A program made the position numbers and the translations under genes. Shown here piece after piece: positions 62,178 to 64,000 of a stretch of DNA of 64,000 nucleotides. The notes under the pieces are model-generated. The model made no database searches. It saw nothing but the letters and a program-made list of their open reading frames with translations, and had not been told where the DNA came from. Location: positions 120,469 through 184,468 of the forward strand of contig CDRNVI010000158.1 of NCBI GenBank assembly GCA_977017575.1. The letters run 5' to 3'. The stretch is from Paramoeba atlantica. Taxonomy: Eukaryota > Protista > Discosea. The first letter of the stretch is position 1. Each line of letters opens with the position of its first letter.

Positions 62178-63570
62178 CTATTTGAAGACAGAGTTGTTAA
62201 AACATAATTGATAGTCGACTTTTCACTTTCTTCTCTTCTTCCCTTTCTTCTCTTTCTCTCTTTCTCAAATTTAAATAAAAAAAAACCACAAAAGCAGCAA
62301 CTAAAGTCATCGCACGAATCTGAGGACAATCAGCCATCTTGGTATGCATGCAATGGCGCTCCAAATCCTCTTGTTCATACCAACAACAATTATAAAATGG
62401 GAGAGGGGTCGGTGTTGGTGTTGGAGTTGGTGATGGAGATGGAGATGGTGTTGGGGTTGGTGTTGGAGTTGGTGTTGGAGTTGGTGTTGGTGTTGGTGTT
62501 GGGGATGGGGATGGGGATGGGGATGGAGATGGAGTTGGTGTTGGTGTTGGTGTTGGAGTTGGTGTTGGTGTTGGGGTTGGAGAGGGAGAGGGGGATGGGG
62601 TTGGAGAGGGAGAGGGGGATGGGCTTGGTGTTGGAGTTGGTGTTGGAGTTGGTGTTGGGGTTGGTGTTGGGGATGGAAATGGTGTTGGGGTTGGTGTTGG
62701 TGTTGGGGTTGGGGATGGAAATGGTGTTGGTGTTGGGGTTGGTGTTGGGGTTGGAGATGGTGTTGGGGTTGGTGTTGGTGTTGGAGTTGGGGTTGGGGAG
62801 GGAGATGGGGCTGGGGAAGGGGATGGAGATGGGGTTGGGGAAGGGGATGGGAATGGGGTTGGAGATGGGATTGGAGTTGGAGATGGGGATTGGGATGGGA
62901 ATGGCGATGGGAATGGCGATGAGGATGGGAATGGAGAAGGAGATGGGGATGGAGTTGGTGTTGGGGTTGGAGTTGGAGATGGGGATGGGGAGGGTGAGGG
63001 GGATGGAGGGCGGATGTGGTAGACTTGGGGAGTGAGTTCCCATGACTGAAAAAGGATGTGAGAAAATAATTGGATAAAAGAAAAAAAAAGAAGATATGAA
63101 AAAAAACTCCATTTTGGATTAAAATTGAAAAAGGAGAAAGAAAAAAAATTACCTCTAAAGTTCCCTCATTTCCTCCAACTTCATCACTCACAACCAATTT
63201 CCATTCCCCTTTTCAAAATTGTTTTCAACAAGAGAGGAGAGAAGGAAAGAGAAAGAAGAAAGAAGAAAGAAAAAAGAAAAAGAGAAAGAAGAGAAAATAG
63301 AAGAGAGGAAAGAAAACCTCGGATATCTTCATTCCAAAACCAAGTACAAACAAAATCAAATCCGGAAGAATACGCATTTCCCTACAAGAAAGAGAGAAAG
63401 AAGAAAGAGAGGAATTGGAAGAGAGAAGATTGAAGAAGAAAAAAAGGATATTCAGAACAAAAAGAAGAAAGAGAAAGAGAGAAAGGGAGATACAGAAGGA
63501 AGGGAAACTCCTGTGACGCTTATTGTGACGTCGAGAGGAATTGGAGGAAGTTCAATCAATTCTCTGTAAG
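62178..63570 (-). CDS. 3' part of a gene with a proprotein-convertase P-domain-like segment, a (PT/PS)n stalk and a Cys-rich C-terminal module; probably continues past the window edge
   Basis: Spliced reading gives ...[30 protein letters not shown] (P-domain consensus GxWxLxVxD...GxLxSWxL). It continues PSPSPTPTP... to FYNCCWYEQ...HC...DCPQ...FV/VDYQLCF...K*, with the stop at 62178-62180. Confidence 0.7.
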
Positions 63571-64000
63571 AGAGGTGAGAAAGAGAGAAAGAGAAAAAAA
63601 GAGAAAAGAGAGAAGTAAAGAGAAGAAGAAGATAAAAAGAGAAAAGAGAGAGAAAAGAGAGAGAAAAGAGAGAGAGAAAGACCTGATTTGGTCTACAGGA
63701 AGAAACCAGTGTGGTTTTTTGATAATTGGAATCTTTTTAAATTTTGGATCTATTTTTTATTGATTAATCAATTGATTCTTTAAACACTTTTTAATTATTT
63801 ATTTTAATTGATTCATTTTTTTTTCTTTTTTTGAGTTATTATTTTAATTCAAAAGTTCTGTTTTAAAGATTTTATATTTTGAAATCAGAATTAAGTTTTA
63901 TGATTTACACAAATAATTTATTCTTTATTCCAAAAAAAAAAGAAAAAGAAGAAAAAAAACCAATAATAAAAGCGTCAGGTTGAAAACTTTTCTTTCCCAC

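Noticed and set aside
62307-63197. His/Gln/Pro-repeat ORF, Asn/Pro-repeat ORF and the plus-strand Leu/Val/Gly ORF
   Set aside because: These are shadow frames of a (CCAACA/CCATCC)n tract. Splice sites and the P-domain motif continuity support the Pro-Thr/Pro-Ser frame.
1-64000. Alternative genetic code or programmed readthrough
   Set aside because: Long conserved ORFs (calpain, fibre, FAAL) have no in-frame stops, and TAA, TAG and TGA all terminate genes. The interruptions are explained by introns or isolated indels.

Overview
AT-rich, gene-dense eukaryotic DNA with many short T-rich GT-AG introns and the standard genetic code. A protist is likely, possibly an amoebozoan; this is inferred from gene content and style only. 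About 24 protein-coding genes are recognisable. Housekeeping genes include U1-70K, LUC7, a divergent eIF5A and an AN1 zinc-finger protein. Signalling genes include a PH protein, a calpain with 12 N-terminal EF-hands, four tandem CAAX-less Ras paralogs with MG N-termini, and a protein with two RasGAP domains. A lipid-modifying group comprises a FAAL-ACP, two multi-TM CYP86-clan-like P450s, a GT11-like protein and a SnoaL-like protein. There is also a ~16 kb DUF3638/DUF3645 gene with a putative N-terminal Cys protease. The most striking element is a signal-peptide-bearing protein of over 2,250 aa, built from 21 exact 80-aa repeats carrying the phage tail-fibre-like NGGTG...ARxNLxLG motif, next to a spacer filled with palindromic, fold-back and direct repeats. 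A shared C-terminal [IL]K[PA]A[KR] motif recurs in three unrelated protein families. Exon boundaries were called by eye, and family names are from motif recognition, not database searches.
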